Assembly: GCF_964213995.1 (NCBI RefSeq)
Contig: NC_135804.1
Coordinates: forward strand, 59,644,001 to 59,708,000
Direction of reading: 5' to 3'
DNA: 64,000 nucleotides
Source of the DNA: Mustelus asterias
Taxonomy: Eukaryota
The notes below the pieces were generated by a model that ran no database searches, had not been told where the DNA came from, and was given only the letters and a program-made list of their open reading frames with translations. The position numbers and the translations under genes were made by a program. Numbering within the stretch: position 1 is the stretch's first letter; each line of letters begins with the position of its first letter. Positions 11,201-23,099 of this stretch are shown here, in pieces.

Positions 11201-14200
11201 TCTGTGCTGTACTTTCTATGTTCTATGCTCTTTGTAAACGGAAACGTATTTGGAAACATCTAGATAACTGCTTTCATCTTTATTATGTCTCTCTCTGTCC
11301 TAAAACATATTTTCAACAATTAGTGCTTCCTCTAAACCATACGACTCTTTCCAACTTTAACTCCGAACTGTTCTTTCTGTTGTGTTCCCTGGAAACTATC
11401 AGTCGTCGCAAGGTTATGTACGAAAATCAAGTGTTATCTTACCTTCATTCTTTCGCATTTGTTGCCACCTCGTAATGACGATCGCAAGCACGAGGAACGA
11501 CAACCCAACCAACGCGCGCACAGAAATCGAATAAAGTAACTTCTGGATATTTTCTGCAGGATTAATTGTAACATGAGGTAATAGTGGATATTAAATCAAC
11601 AAAAATAGGCTCCAAGATAGTTTATTATTTAAACTATGGTGATGGTTGCACTAATCCCGCAGTATTCAACGGAAGTAGAACGTTTGAATAAAAAGCTTGT
11701 TTGCAGCTAAGTATCTGCTGTATCTTCTTCCTCGAACATTTGGCGCATTATTGATTAATCTACGAAGACTAAAAGGCTGGAGTCACATGTAGGCCAGGCC
11801 AGGAAAGGGTGGCTGATTTCCTTTCCGAAAAGTCATCAGAGAGCCAGATCGGTTTTTGCGTCTGAATTATAGTTTCATGATACGTTACTAAAACAAATGT
11901 TTAGTTCAGTATTTATTAATTGGTTTTAAATGTCATGATGTGATTTGAACCGATATCCTTACAGCTTTAGCCTGCACCTCTTGAGTAATAGGCGAGTGAT
12001 ATTAAAATCACACCACCATCTTCCCTGAGTAGTATGCCATTGGAGATAATCGGACAACAACCAAATGGTTCACTCTTAACTGCCGCCTGAAAGGGTCTAA
12101 CAAGCTACTCCGTTAAAGGGCAATTAGGCATAAGCAATAAATGTTGGCCTAGCCAGCGACGTTCACATTAAATAAAAGAGTTTACTTTAAAAAATGCAGT
12201 GAACCGGACATACAGCGTTTTTTCCGGTTACAGTTTAAATGAGATTTATAAGACTGATTTCAGTTAAACCCGTCATGATCTGTAAGTAGGATGAGAAGCT
12301 GGTCATTTGGTTATTCCAAAACTCTGCACTGAACGTAACCGAACGTGTGACAATATCGGAAATCCCACGGCAATCAGTCCTTGCGCAAACAGCGTGCCTG
12401 CAGATCATAATAATAGTTTTCAAGCAAGACGAGTTCGCAACGGTCCAGTTGAAAGCATTAAAAAAAATAAACAGAAAGTGAAAAAGATTAATAACATTCA
12501 GGTTAAGAAATATTACACTAGAAAATATGAACGGATGTTTAATATTGTTCCGTTAGAAATAGAGGAATTTGAAAGCAAATCCGTTGGATTTTTGTTCTTG
12601 TATGGGATGTGAGCATTGCTGACGAAGCCAGCATTGGCCATTCCCAATTGCCCCTGAACAGAGTGGCCCGCTAAAGAGTTGCAGGGGGCAGTTAAGAGTC
12701 AACCACGTTTCCCTAGCTCTGAAGTCACATGTAAACCTAGCTGGGTAAGGAGAGCAGATTTCTTTCCCTGAAGGACATTCGTGAACCAGATTGGTTTTTA
12801 CCACAATCGATCATAGTTACATGGTCACCATTACTGAGACTAGCCTGATATTCCATAGCTATTAATTGAATTATGTTTCCAGAAGCTGCCCTTGTGGGAT
12901 GTGAATCCATGTCCTCAGATTGATTACTAGTCTGAGTGCATGGCTGGCTATATAAATCGATTTCAACACATTGCATTGAATTCAATGTAAAGGCACTTTA
13001 ATGTTTCTGTTGATATTTCCCGTGACATTTCCGTGATTATTAATATGCATAAAACTTACGAAAAATTTCACTATGAATTCTACTGTAGCTGGCTTCCCTT
13101 TTAGAACAATTTTTCCCCTACCTCGGTTCGGTTCAGGAATCGTGTACACCACAATAGCCGGAGTCTTGAGGGTGACATGAGATACCAGGCATGTATAATT
13201 GCCGTCTTTCGGTACAGGCTGAATCTCAACCAAAGTGCTGGAAACTTCATACAGTCCCTCTCTGTTCTGCACTTTACTGGTGTGTATTCCTGATGCAGTT
13301 TCGACGCCATTTTTATACCAAGTAAGGGTGAAATTTTCCGGATAAAATGCAGCCGTTTTACAAACGAGGGTCAGAGGCGCAGTCGAATTCCCTTCAGTTG
13401 TCCTGGAGACAAGATTCAGTGGGGTTGGGGCCGCTGCGGAGCAGAAAATGAACATAGTTCTGTGCATGGTTTGGAGAAATTAAATTCATTTTTGACGCTC
13501 GGTTAATATTCCTAATCACTGGCAATTCCTATTTCCTGTATTTGAATGTTACACACAAGATCAGTATAGATCTAATCTATATAAAGACTGGCATTCGATC
13601 AATTCCAATAATTTTTGAATTCCCTGTCGGACAGGGTGAAGTGATTTGCGAATCAACGTTCTGTTCAAATCGCCCAGAGAATTAAATCTTGATGAGACAG
13701 TCGTCTCGCTGAGTTGTTACGTGTTTTATGTGCAATGACATGACAGAGAGTGACGAATAATATTCATATTCTTGATGATGAAATGAGCGTTTTAATGCTC
13801 CTTTAACGCCGCAGCTTGACATTTGACTAAACAAATAACTTTCAGTTGAATCTGCCGAATTTTCACCAACACAGCCTCTCTGTTAAATTATAGGCAAAAT
13901 ACTGCGGATGCTGGAGTCTGAAACAGCCTCTGTGTTGTTTATTTATTGGAAAATTAGTGAATTTGGCAGCCATGTTGTGTCTGAAACTCCAATCTGTTGA
14001 GTGAATCGATTTGGTCAACAATTAGACAAACATTGAGTATTTGAATACGCGCCGTATCGTTCTTTGAAATTTACTTGAAGGAATACAGTTATTCATGGAC
14101 TATTAAAACTAAGCCAAAAGCTTTGTATATTTATCTTGGGAATGGAGCATTAGTATAAAAGATTTTCTGTCAGTTTTACTTCAGGAATTCATTCTGAGTG

Positions 14201-15006
14201 CCGCCAATGTAAATCTGGTGCATAAATTGACTTTATAGTTGTGATGTGTTTGATAAATATTACTAATATATTCAGTACTCTCCGAGTGGCATTGCAGGTA
14301 TAATTAGCATTTTAATGCAGAGGACACGAATGTACAACTCACTTATCGCGAAATATGTTCATAGGCATGATTTCACTGACAGAAAGTATGCACATACCCG
14401 ATTTTTGTGTTTGATATATTATGGCGATCGCGCTCACCTGTGTTCCAATCTTACCATGCACAATTAGATGCGATCCAGTTCCATTTCCTCGACCTACTCC
14501 CGGACGGAACACCGTACAGTGATAGATTCCAGAGTCTTGAAATGTCGCATTTACTAAGCGAAAGAAACCGCTACCTTTACTTCCCATACCAAACCTTTTT
14601 CTCTTGTCTGGGCTTGAATGCAGGAATTCATTCTCACCATGTTTCCACCATAACACCCGTACCCAGGCTTGGGGTTGAAAAATGTGGAATATGCAGTAGA
14701 AGGTGATGTTTCCCCCTCTGGATACAGTCGTTTCTTTTGGTGCTTGAGACACACTGAACGAAGAGTCGTCCGCAGCTGTCAGAAAGATAGACAAACACAG
14801 GTTAATTGCATTAGATACAACATAAAGGTAGAAAAGTGAAAGCATGATCTAGAGCGAGGAAATAAGGTTCTTTAAATTAATATGAAAACTACTTCCTCGG
14901 AAGTTATTAATTAAAGTAACATGGTAAGTGAAAATCTAGTGCCTGTGTGAATAATTCCTCGGAGGATCAAGTACAGAAGCACCATGATCGTTGTCATCAT
15001 TTGCAT
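8247..15006 (-). CDS. Gene A: multi-exon VJ-C1-TM Ig-superfamily receptor with ITIM (NKp30/SIRP-like non-rearranging antigen-receptor-like protein); possibly a young pseudogene
   Basis: Phase-1 exons 15006-14943 (leader), 14775-14455 (V), 13433-13122 (C1) and 11553-11443 (TM) join in frame without stops. A cytoplasmic exon at 8410-8282 carries LIYSRV. The linking cytoplasmic exon was not resolved. Confidence 0.85.
8282..8410 (-). CDS. Gene A terminal cytoplasmic exon with ITIM (LIYSRV); ITSM TEYAQL in shifted frame
   Basis: Acceptor gaccttgcag|. Phase 0 reads TQQRKVGNDLIYSRVALTGSDKAKLTKG...ME*. The shifted frame reads ANERCTEYAQLRRAKQNGVKETGYMEAKNN* to 8247. Confidence 0.7.
   Translation of the reverse strand, partial: TQQRKVGNDLIYSRVALTGSDKAKLTKGALNMPNCGERNKME
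8548..11230 (+). mobile_element. CR1-clade LINE, 5'-truncated ORF2 (APE+RT), frameshifted; intronic and antisense to gene A
   Basis: ORFs from 8611 to 11163 carry [28 protein letters not shown] and KFADDTK. Tail (TTCTATG)n. Same subfamily as 50900-54887. Confidence 0.95.
11443..11553 (-). CDS. Gene A transmembrane exon
   Basis: ttaatcctgcag| ... |gtaaga, 111 nt, phase 1-1. Reads ENIQKLLYSISVRALVGLSFLVLAIVITRWQQMRKNE. Not in the ORF track. Confidence 0.85.
11770..12020 (-). mobile_element. SlmI/MetaSINE-like SINE, decayed
   Basis: ggagtcacatgtaggccagg...gatttcctt is the reverse complement of the core of the 19420 copy. Confidence 0.6.
12590..12950 (-). mobile_element. SlmI/MetaSINE-like SINE
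   Basis: Reverse complement of the core (ctggttcacgaatgtccttcagggaaagaaatctgc) and of the tail. Confidence 0.75.
13122..13433 (-). CDS. Gene A C1-set Ig exon
   Basis: ttttctgctccgcag| ... |gtaggg, 312 nt. Reads [23 protein letters not shown]...YEVSSTL...YTCLVSH, matching the C1/MHC-Ig signature [FY]xCx[VA]xH. Confidence 0.95.
14455..14775 (-). CDS. Gene A V-set Ig exon with germline-joined J-like G strand
   Basis: tctttctgacag| ... |gtaaga, 321 nt. Reads VSQAP...GNITFYC...LWWK...DSGIYHC...GNGTGSHLIVH. Confidence 0.95.
14943..15006 (-). CDS. Gene A leader (signal peptide) exon with GC donor
   Basis: gccATG start; MQMMTTIMVLLYLILRGIIHT plus G, 64 nt, phase 1. Donor ACAG|GCACTA aligns with gene B ACAG|GTACTG. 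Confidence 0.75.
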
Positions 15007-15084
15007 GGCTTACAACTGTTGCCTCTCTGTAGTAACTGCGAGTTTACAGCTTTTAAAAATAGCTTGCTGTTAGTTTTCCATCAG

Positions 15085-15120
15085 AGACGTCGCAGTGACG
15101 TTTAACATCCGGAAAGTGAG
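15085..15120 (-). promoter_or_regulatory. Candidate proximal promoter motifs of gene A (ETS CCGGATGT, CRE-like TGACGT, IRF-like GAAAGTGA)
   Basis: Motifs cluster 80-115 bp upstream of the ATG. Motif match only. Confidence 0.3.
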
Positions 15121-15269
15121 GTCTCAGAAACTAAGCTTCCATTTTAAGTGAGATTTTCTAATTTTTGCAACTACTAAATTCCCTGGAATTACATGTTTTA
15201 CCGGCAGCATAAAGGAAATGGAATATAGATTTTCTAACGCTGAATTTACGAACATTCTCGGAGTTGGTT

Positions 15270-16200
15270 TGTTTCCTGACAGCTAATGGTTTTGTAACCA
15301 CGATGGACATCAGAGGGGTTGTGAACGAAAATAAATTGAGAATACGCACCATGGTCATATTCAGACGTATTGTAATTGGGGACGGTTGTCTGCCTGTTTT
15401 TGTATTGCACAAGAGCTGGAAAAATTCATGCAGGGACATGATCTGTGAGCTGACAACATATGCACTGTCTTCAGTGAGGACCAGTAGGTTGGGGATATGG
15501 TGACTCTTTCCACGGAGACCACAGTCGAATACGAGTTTTTTGAGAAGGAGTGATGACAATGGTACCCATGGGCATAAAGTCGTCAGATAAGCCGCCAGTT
15601 AGCATGCCAGCTATGATGGGGACTAAAAAAGTGGACGACAAGTTGTTCATTCGCGTATAAATTATGGCACAGAAAATGGTTCTTGGATAATACGTGTTTA
15701 GAGTGTGTTTGGGGAAGAAGACGAGATGTTTCTGCGTTACAGAGTTTCACGGTTATGGTAGGATGCGGAGTAGCAATTTGGTTCGCTAGATAAGTGGAAA
15801 GAAGGAAGCAGCAGAAATCATTGGCTGGAAGATAATTTGATGACGAGGGATTCCTTGAGCTTCTTGTAATATTCGCAAAGCGAGGAATGTTGAGAGATTT
15901 AAGCAGAAGGTTTTGGGTTTGGGGGATGGGTAGGGAGGGTGAATATGCGGGGTGGTGGGTTGTTTGTGGTGAGTTGTTTGTGGGAGTGGAGGTGTGGGGG
16001 GAACAAATAATTAGTTATCGTTGCTCTCCAGCACAATTGTCCAGTAATGAGCAGTTGTGGCTGTGAACGGTGAGACTTTGGGAAGTTTCTCTTGATTTAA
16101 CCAGATGAGGCTCTGGATGGTTAGACCAGTTGTTTGTAAGTCCTAGCCAATCCTTTTGGAATTGAGGATGCGAAGGTTAATGCTGTGCCATTATTACAGT
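15270..16200 (-). mobile_element. Highly decayed L2-like LINE remnant
   Basis: ORF 15158..15559 (SLLLKK...HIPNL...VVSSQI) echoes the L2 RT segment TPLLKK...RPISNL...VVASQI. Confidence 0.4.
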
Positions 16201-17069
16201 AAGCATTCAAGACCGTGAGGCATTTATTTTGACTACGTGCGCTTACGCTTTATTTCCTTTTCTTTCTCAACAGATTTCCAAATTGTTTCATTCGAAGAGT
16301 GCACTGTTTCCAGTCTCTATCCCAGAAAGACACTTTGCTACACAGCTGTATAATCTGTTCGTCGTCTCGGGAAATTGCTGTGTATATTATTGTCGCATGC
16401 TTCCTCTCAAAGTAATTTTTTGGATACAATTATTCAACCAGAGTGCGTGCTTCATACTCATTGGTGTCTCATTTCCAGAACAGTCGATTATGAGTTGGAT
16501 CCTCACTCCGGTGGCTTCAACAGTTAATCTGAACTACAAGATATTGCTCTGCTAGGCGAATGCTACAATATTAGAGACGTCGCATTTCAGATGAGGTGTT
16601 CAGTAGCCGCAACTGCTTCGTAAAACGACCTTTCCTTCGCCAGTTCTTTATTCCTGTTTTTTTTTTCCTTTCCATGTAAGATTTGCACCTCGATGTGAAT
16701 TGGATCACATCGACGATTAACCATTGCTATGGGAGAAGAACACCAAGATGAATGTTGAAGAACGAGATAAAATTGCACAGCCAACTGAGAGAGCCAACCC
16801 TCTTGGTGTGAAGATGAGTTCGGAAATGGGAGCGATTGTGCCCAGTTTCACGGAATTCAGTTATGCAGATAGGCAGGAGACGCTGGGAACAATCTTTTTA
16901 GAACAGAAAGAATGAAGAATAAATTTGATCATAATTTTCGAAACTATGAGTAGTTTTACAGAAGTAAATGGAGAAATGGTTTCTGGGATTTGTCAGGTAA
17001 ACGCGCACATTTATGATGATTAGCAAAGCAGTCATAGGTGAGAAACATTTATGGTCACTGCACCATTTT

Positions 17070-17420
17070 CTCCCTTATTCCTTCACGGATGTTGATGTCG
17101 CTGGAAAGATCACCATTTGTTACTCATCCCGAATTGCCCTATCAGAGCAAATTCAAGAATCAGCCATTTTGTTGTACATCTGGAGTCACGTGCCGGCCAG
17201 ACTGGACAATAAGGGAAATTTCCTTCTCTAAAGGGCATTACTGAAACAAAATGTTGATAGTCACCATCACTGATAGTAAATTTAGATTCCGGATAAAATA
17301 GCTGCAGTCAAATACCTCAATAACTTAAATACCAGCTGCGGTGCTGGTATTGGATCCAATGCTGCCAAATCGTTACAATCGGTCCTCTTAATTATTTGGT
17401 CAGCCACATTACCACGACGC
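17070..17420 (-). mobile_element. SlmI/MetaSINE-like SINE, decayed
   Basis: tctggagtcacgtgccggccagactgg...atttccttctctaaagggcatta is the reverse complement of the SINE core. Confidence 0.6.
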
Positions 17421-19419
17421 TACCGTCTTCGCACTCTGTCCTGCTCATGCTGAGCAATGTTTGGCTCGAATCAAGCAAACGGATGCCAAAATGTCCTAAA
17501 CACTTGACTTAAAGTGTTTTAATTGCAGCCCATCAATGGAGCAGCGTTAAGTATTGAATTCTATCACACTGAAACAAGTTGCAGGAGATAATACTGACGA
17601 GGAGAGAAAATGTGTATGCTTACGTAAGACCGAGTTTCCAACGAACTTTGAAGCTGCTGTCCTGCATTTATGTGGTACCAGAGCATTTAGGTTTATGCCG
17701 ATATGGATCGAGTATTACAACCTAAGCAAATGGATGTTTTGAGCAACAAACCATCAACCAGTAAGGAAAAAGAGAACATGTCCCCAAACCGTGGCTTTAC
17801 CAAAACAAATAGTCATTGACCAGTTGAAATGCACGATTATTACATTGAATAATAAGAAGGGAAATACGGGGATACCTAACAATAACAAGCTGACCACAGA
17901 AAATTCAGAGCGAAAGGCAAACATTCAAAGGCGAATCAAAGTGGACATTTATAAGAAAGCAAGCACCAAATATAGTGATAGAATTCTAGTTACCAACACT
18001 TAATGGCAAATGTTCATGTCAAATCTGTATGCATTAGCAGGACAAAAGAAATGGTGCTAACATAATCTTGATATTTTTTATAGTTATCCAGTCAATTGCC
18101 TTTTCTGGATGTTAAAAGCTTAATGAAAGTGTATAGTTCAATATCCAAGCCTGTTACAAAAGCAAATTAATTCTTGTTAGTGCGCGACATTTGCAGAAGC
18201 AACCATTTCAGTGCGTTCCGATTTTCGGAAATTGACTGAATTTTACAACAGGCATTTTTTGCATTCTCGGTATTCCTGCTTTCTGGTTTTTTCTCCAAAT
18301 TATTGTTAGTTTCATAATCATCAGTGTAATGAGACTATCCTTTTGTAGTTTGGATTAATATGTTCTGAAGCATTTTCTGCTCAAATTGATGAAGCCATTT
18401 AACAAAAGCAAAACCAGAATTATTGGAAAGCAGACAGGTTAGTTCAGGAGACAGCCTTAATTGTGAGACAATTAAGGAATAATTAGTTCATTAATAGAAA
18501 TGCTAGAAATACTGGAAATGTAATTTGGAAAAGAAAACGTTCTAACTTTTATAATTATGAACAAATCATTAACACTTGATTATTAATGCAGTTTCTTAAA
18601 GTGCTGTGGGAATAAAAATCTAGTGTACTTCTCAGGCCACAGAATGAAAAGAGAGAACATGACTTGTTAATCTTGTCTAGAAAGAATGAATAGGCACTTG
18701 ATTAAGGAAATGTTGAAAGATATGGATAGCGAGGGAGAGAGAGAGCTTTTGATGGTTAGGCTTTGAGAGTTATTTTCTAAGTTTTTCGGCGTCGTCACTT
18801 CAGAACTTGGCCTTTGAAGGGTGACAAGAAGTCTCTTCAATTGTTAAAGATAAGCTCTCTCCGTTTATTGCTAATTACTAATCGCACATTGCTATTAATT
18901 AGCACTTTGCCTTTTATCTTTGTGACATTTTACCTTTTTCATAGTTAATAAACATTTTGTACTCGCCATTTAGAGTGATCCTTCTTCCAATATGGTTAAG
19001 TCTCTGGAATTTGATGCGATTTTTAAGTGGGTGGTAACTGCAAACAAGTGATCCCCATAAATCTTAGATCAGATAAATAAAAAATATATAATACTGCCTC
19101 TGTGTGAAGAAGATTCCGAAGGGTACAGGGAACGTCGCTTCATTACTGATTGATTGAGAATTGCGTTGCTTTTTTCAAAAAGGCTTTGAAATAAATTTGA
19201 GGTTGAAGTCTCAACGCATATATATTCCGTGTGATAGCATTTATTTTATATTGTACTCGATACAGTTTGCATAACATCTTTAAGCATCAGACCGTTGATT
19301 AGCATACTTGATGATTGTTGTTCCCACAACCATCCTGTTGCTTATTAAAAATGCTGTCAAATTCAAGCATGTTGTGTTGATCGCTATAACTTCGGCAATA
19401 GACGAGCAAAACTGACAGT

Positions 19420-19783
19420 GTAGGCAATGGCCTCGTGGTATTATTGCTAGATCATTAATTCAGAAACTCAGTTGATGTTCTGGGGACCCGGGTTCGAATC
19501 CCGCCACGGCAACTGGTGGACTTTGAATTCAATAAAAAATATCTGCAATTCAGAATCCACTGATGACCATGAACCATTGTCGATTGTTGGAAGAACCCAT
19601 CTGGTTCACTAATGTCCTGTGGGGAAGGAAATCTGCCGTCCTTGCCCGGTCTGGCCTAGATGTGACTCCCGAACCACAGCAATGTGATTGACTCGCAACT
19701 GCTCCCTGAACAAGGGCAACTAGGCCTGGGCAATAAATGCTAGCCAGCCAGCGACGCCCATGTCCTACGAATTAATAAAAAAA
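19420..19783 (+). mobile_element. tRNA-derived SINE, best-preserved SlmI/MetaSINE-like copy
   Basis: A-box-like tggcctcgtgg, B box gggttcgaatccc, core catctggttcactaatgtcc..ggaaggaaatctgccgtcc, and tail gccagcgacgccca followed by an A-rich end. Confidence 0.85.
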
Positions 19784-21324
19784 TCCTCTGGTCATTGTCT
19801 GCATCCGCTCCATAGTATCCATTAACTGTCAGAAATAGAGTTGTTCTATGTGGGCACCAATGGGTACAAAAGGACACTTAGTTGTATTGTAATAATTTGA
19901 AAACTAGTTAACCTAATCACAAATCGGGGTCTGGTGACTTGAAAGATAGAAACGTGATTTATGTCATATTCTTCTGGACACGCCGTTTCTGCGAGACCTG
20001 ACTCTCCCTTTCCTGGCAGTTCTCAGGAGAGCTAATACTACACGGTGATATGCGTAGATATTACCCCGTCATTGCGGCTGACGTGTCGAAAGTAAGTACC
20101 TAAATTATTCTTTGTTTTTTTAAACGAAGATGTTTATTTTTCTTCACAGTTGAGAAATTGAGTAGGATGCATAGATATAGACAAAAGCCAATGGAATGTA
20201 CAATCACAGACACAAAGTGACTCAGTTATACATTTTATACCTTTACTGCGACCAAAGTCTATCCAAAGAATTAAACAAATAAAACATGCATGAAAACAAA
20301 GCCCAACCAAATTGTAAAGGTATAAAGTGCACAGGGCCTTAAACTGTTTAAGTTTCAACCCCATGACCTGCTCAGAAAATAACTGTTACTACAGCGCAAC
20401 ACGACATTCCTAACTTTTGAGAGGTGCCCATTATCCTGCCACCCAGCAGACAACGGCACTTCTTTTCGGGTTGATTACGTTTCAATCAGGGAGGCTTAAT
20501 TTAGGTATAAAATAAATGCAGTGCATCTCTGTCTCGCCTAATGCGTGTCTGATAACTACTTGTACTTTGCGTTCGGCTTTCTAATCACTCTTTCTTGACC
20601 TAACGCCTAATCCTATCTGACGAGGTGAGCCAGATTTTGTGTCTCGAATGTTTACGCGATGCTTTCAAGCAAATGCACAATTTACTTTGGACATCATAAT
20701 TACTACTTTGGGAATGGCTGCCAAGACCAGCTGGCCCTGAGATTCGCTTTTAGTGCTCACAAAACTTTTAACTATACTGCCAGTGATTCCTGATACTAGA
20801 ACTACCGCCATTGCCGTCAGACCTGGAATAAAATTCAGCATTAATCTCACTGTGATCATAGCATGCTTTGCCTTTCATCAGTGTCACTGGGAACTCTCTA
20901 ATGTTTTCAGAATAACAGGCTTTCTATTAATGTTTTAGATCCCGAGACCATGAAAAGATAGCTCAACTCTATTCAACATTTCTCAACTTTGATATTCCGG
21001 AAGTTCCCAGATTCCGGGGTTGCTGGAGTTGTGCTTAACCTGATTCCATTCTGAACATGCAAGTGTTCTATTGGAGTATTGTTCTTCCAAAACTTGTCAG
21101 AAATGCCACAGAGACTTTCCATGTTTAATAAAACTGATGTGGCGCCGTTTCTCCCAAATAATCCACAATACACGTCTGCGCTTTGTTTTTATATACTGGT
21201 ACTTTGTTCCACTAACCAACGCGAGTAATACTTCCAGCAATTCCAGTTATAGGTGTTTTGCTTTTTTATGGGCTGTTACGATCTCCTAGTGAGCAATTTA
21301 AGTGTCAATCATGGCGCAGTTGAC

Positions 21325-21480
21325 AGCAGTTCCGCCAGTGATTCAGAAGGTTTTTAGTTCCAGTCGCACTCCAAACATCGAGGCTGACACCACAGGGCAG
21401 TTCTGAAGGAACGATTCACAGTTGTATCTGTCGCCTTTCGGATGCAACTTCATACTGAGGCCCCGCCTGCTGGAAGGCGC
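21325..21480 (+). mobile_element. Deu-domain SINE remnant (SacSINE1/AmnSINE-like, tentative)
   Basis: aggctgacaccacagggcagttctgaagg...gcctttcggatg...ctgaggcccc resembles the DeuSINE head/core junction. Confidence 0.4.
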
Positions 21481-21809
21481 TCGGAATGAATTCCCAAACA
21501 TGATCTGCTTCACCTCCCCTGCCCTACGGAACGCAGCTGGTGGGAATACCAGGAAGGAAGTGACAAGTCGATTAAAAATGAAAGCAGGTAAGCATTTGGG
21601 CCTGCAGCTTACGCACCTCGTGGAAAGCATGACAAACGCTGCTCTCATCATTACACAGCGGACTAGGTACAACGTCCAGAGCACCGCCCTCAGCAAGATC
21701 CGATTACTTGAGGAGAGTCGGTTCAAGGAAATTGGCGGTGGTGACGTAATTCGTGTATGGAAATGAAGAACTGTACGCAGCCGGGATCGGCTTTTTGATT
21801 CTCAACCAT

Positions 21810-22336
21810 CTTGGTTTCCTTATCTGAGGAAGAATGTCCTTGCTATAGCGGGAATGCATCTAAGGTTTACCAGGCTGATCCCTAGGATGGCAGGTCTTCA
21901 TATGAGGAGAGATTAAGTTGGATAGGATTATATTCACTGAGATAAGAAGAGTGAGAGGGGATCCTCAGAGAAACTTGTACAATTCTAACAGGTTAGGCAG
22001 GGTAGATTCAGAAAGGATATTCCAAATGGTGGCGGAGTCCAGAACGTGGGGCCATATTTTAGGATGATGGTAAATCTTTTAGAACTGAGGTGAGAAGGAA
22101 TTTCTTCACCCAGAGAGTAGCGAATGTGCGGAATTCACGAGCACAGAAGGTAGGCGAGGCCAAAACGTTCTCTGATTTCAAAAATAAATTTCAGACAACT
22201 CTGGGGACTAAAGGGATCAAGGGATATGGGGGAAGGTGGGATCAGGATATTGAATTCGATGATCAGCCATGATCAAAATGAATGATGGGGTAGGCTCGAA
22301 TGGCCTACTCCTGCTTCTAGTTTCTATGTTTCTATC
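21810..22336 (+). mobile_element. CR1 LINE 3' fragment
   Basis: RRNFFTQRVANVRNS, then aatggcctactcctgc and a (TTTCTATG)n tail. Confidence 0.85.
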
Positions 22337-23099
22337 TTATCAGTAAATTGACTGACCTTTCCAAGGGTGTCAATGGTTGTCTGTTGGCCCTTAAACCTCC
22401 CTGTATGGCAACAAGCAAGTAACTTCCACAGGTGTTTCCACCTCTCGCATAACCAACACTGACGAAGCCCCCAATATATTCTACTTCTTGCTTATTGCTG
22501 TTCCAAAATCAGATAAGTTTATCATCCTTCCTTGGTAAGCTTCAGCGGTTGCGCAGACCTACGGGCAGGGAACGTTTAATTGGTGAAGTCGGTCAGTTGC
22601 AACATAAATTGTTTCTTCTCGCTGAAGATATCTGCTGAATGTGTGTTCTGAATCATCAAGTTTCCCGCCTCTCTGATCGCAAAGAGCCGTCTTGTTTGCA
22701 CCCGTGCTCCTTGCATTAACATCTACTCCTCTATGTCATTAATAGGCAGAGGGACAGATAGGACGTGCTTACAACGAATGACTACCGTTTCCCCGCTAGA
22801 TGCCCCCAGAGCACATGGGTCCAGAAGCGTCTCAAGCTTCAAGGCTCAACCAGGCAATCATGAAGGAATCTATTACTGAAAAACTCAAGAGTTGCCTATG
22901 TATAGCGAAAATAAACTGTATCAAAGTTGACTAGCTAACCTTGAGATATATGGTGCACTCCACTGTTCCAGTGGCCATTGGCCCTACAGCGTAGAGATCA
23001 CCATTGGTTTCACCAAAAACTAGGAGTTCCGGAAACAAGCAGAAGAGAAGCATCGTGCAGTAGAGGTCCTACTTCAATGACAAGTCATCACTATCCAGG

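Noticed and set aside
12300-12400. Alternative TM exon for gene A
   Set aside because: The acceptor is poor and the segment is not hydrophobic enough. 11553-11443 fits far better.
16229-16555. ORF containing VYYC after a good acceptor
   Set aside because: It lacks the B-strand Cys, C-strand Trp and D-x-[AG] motif, so it is likely chance.
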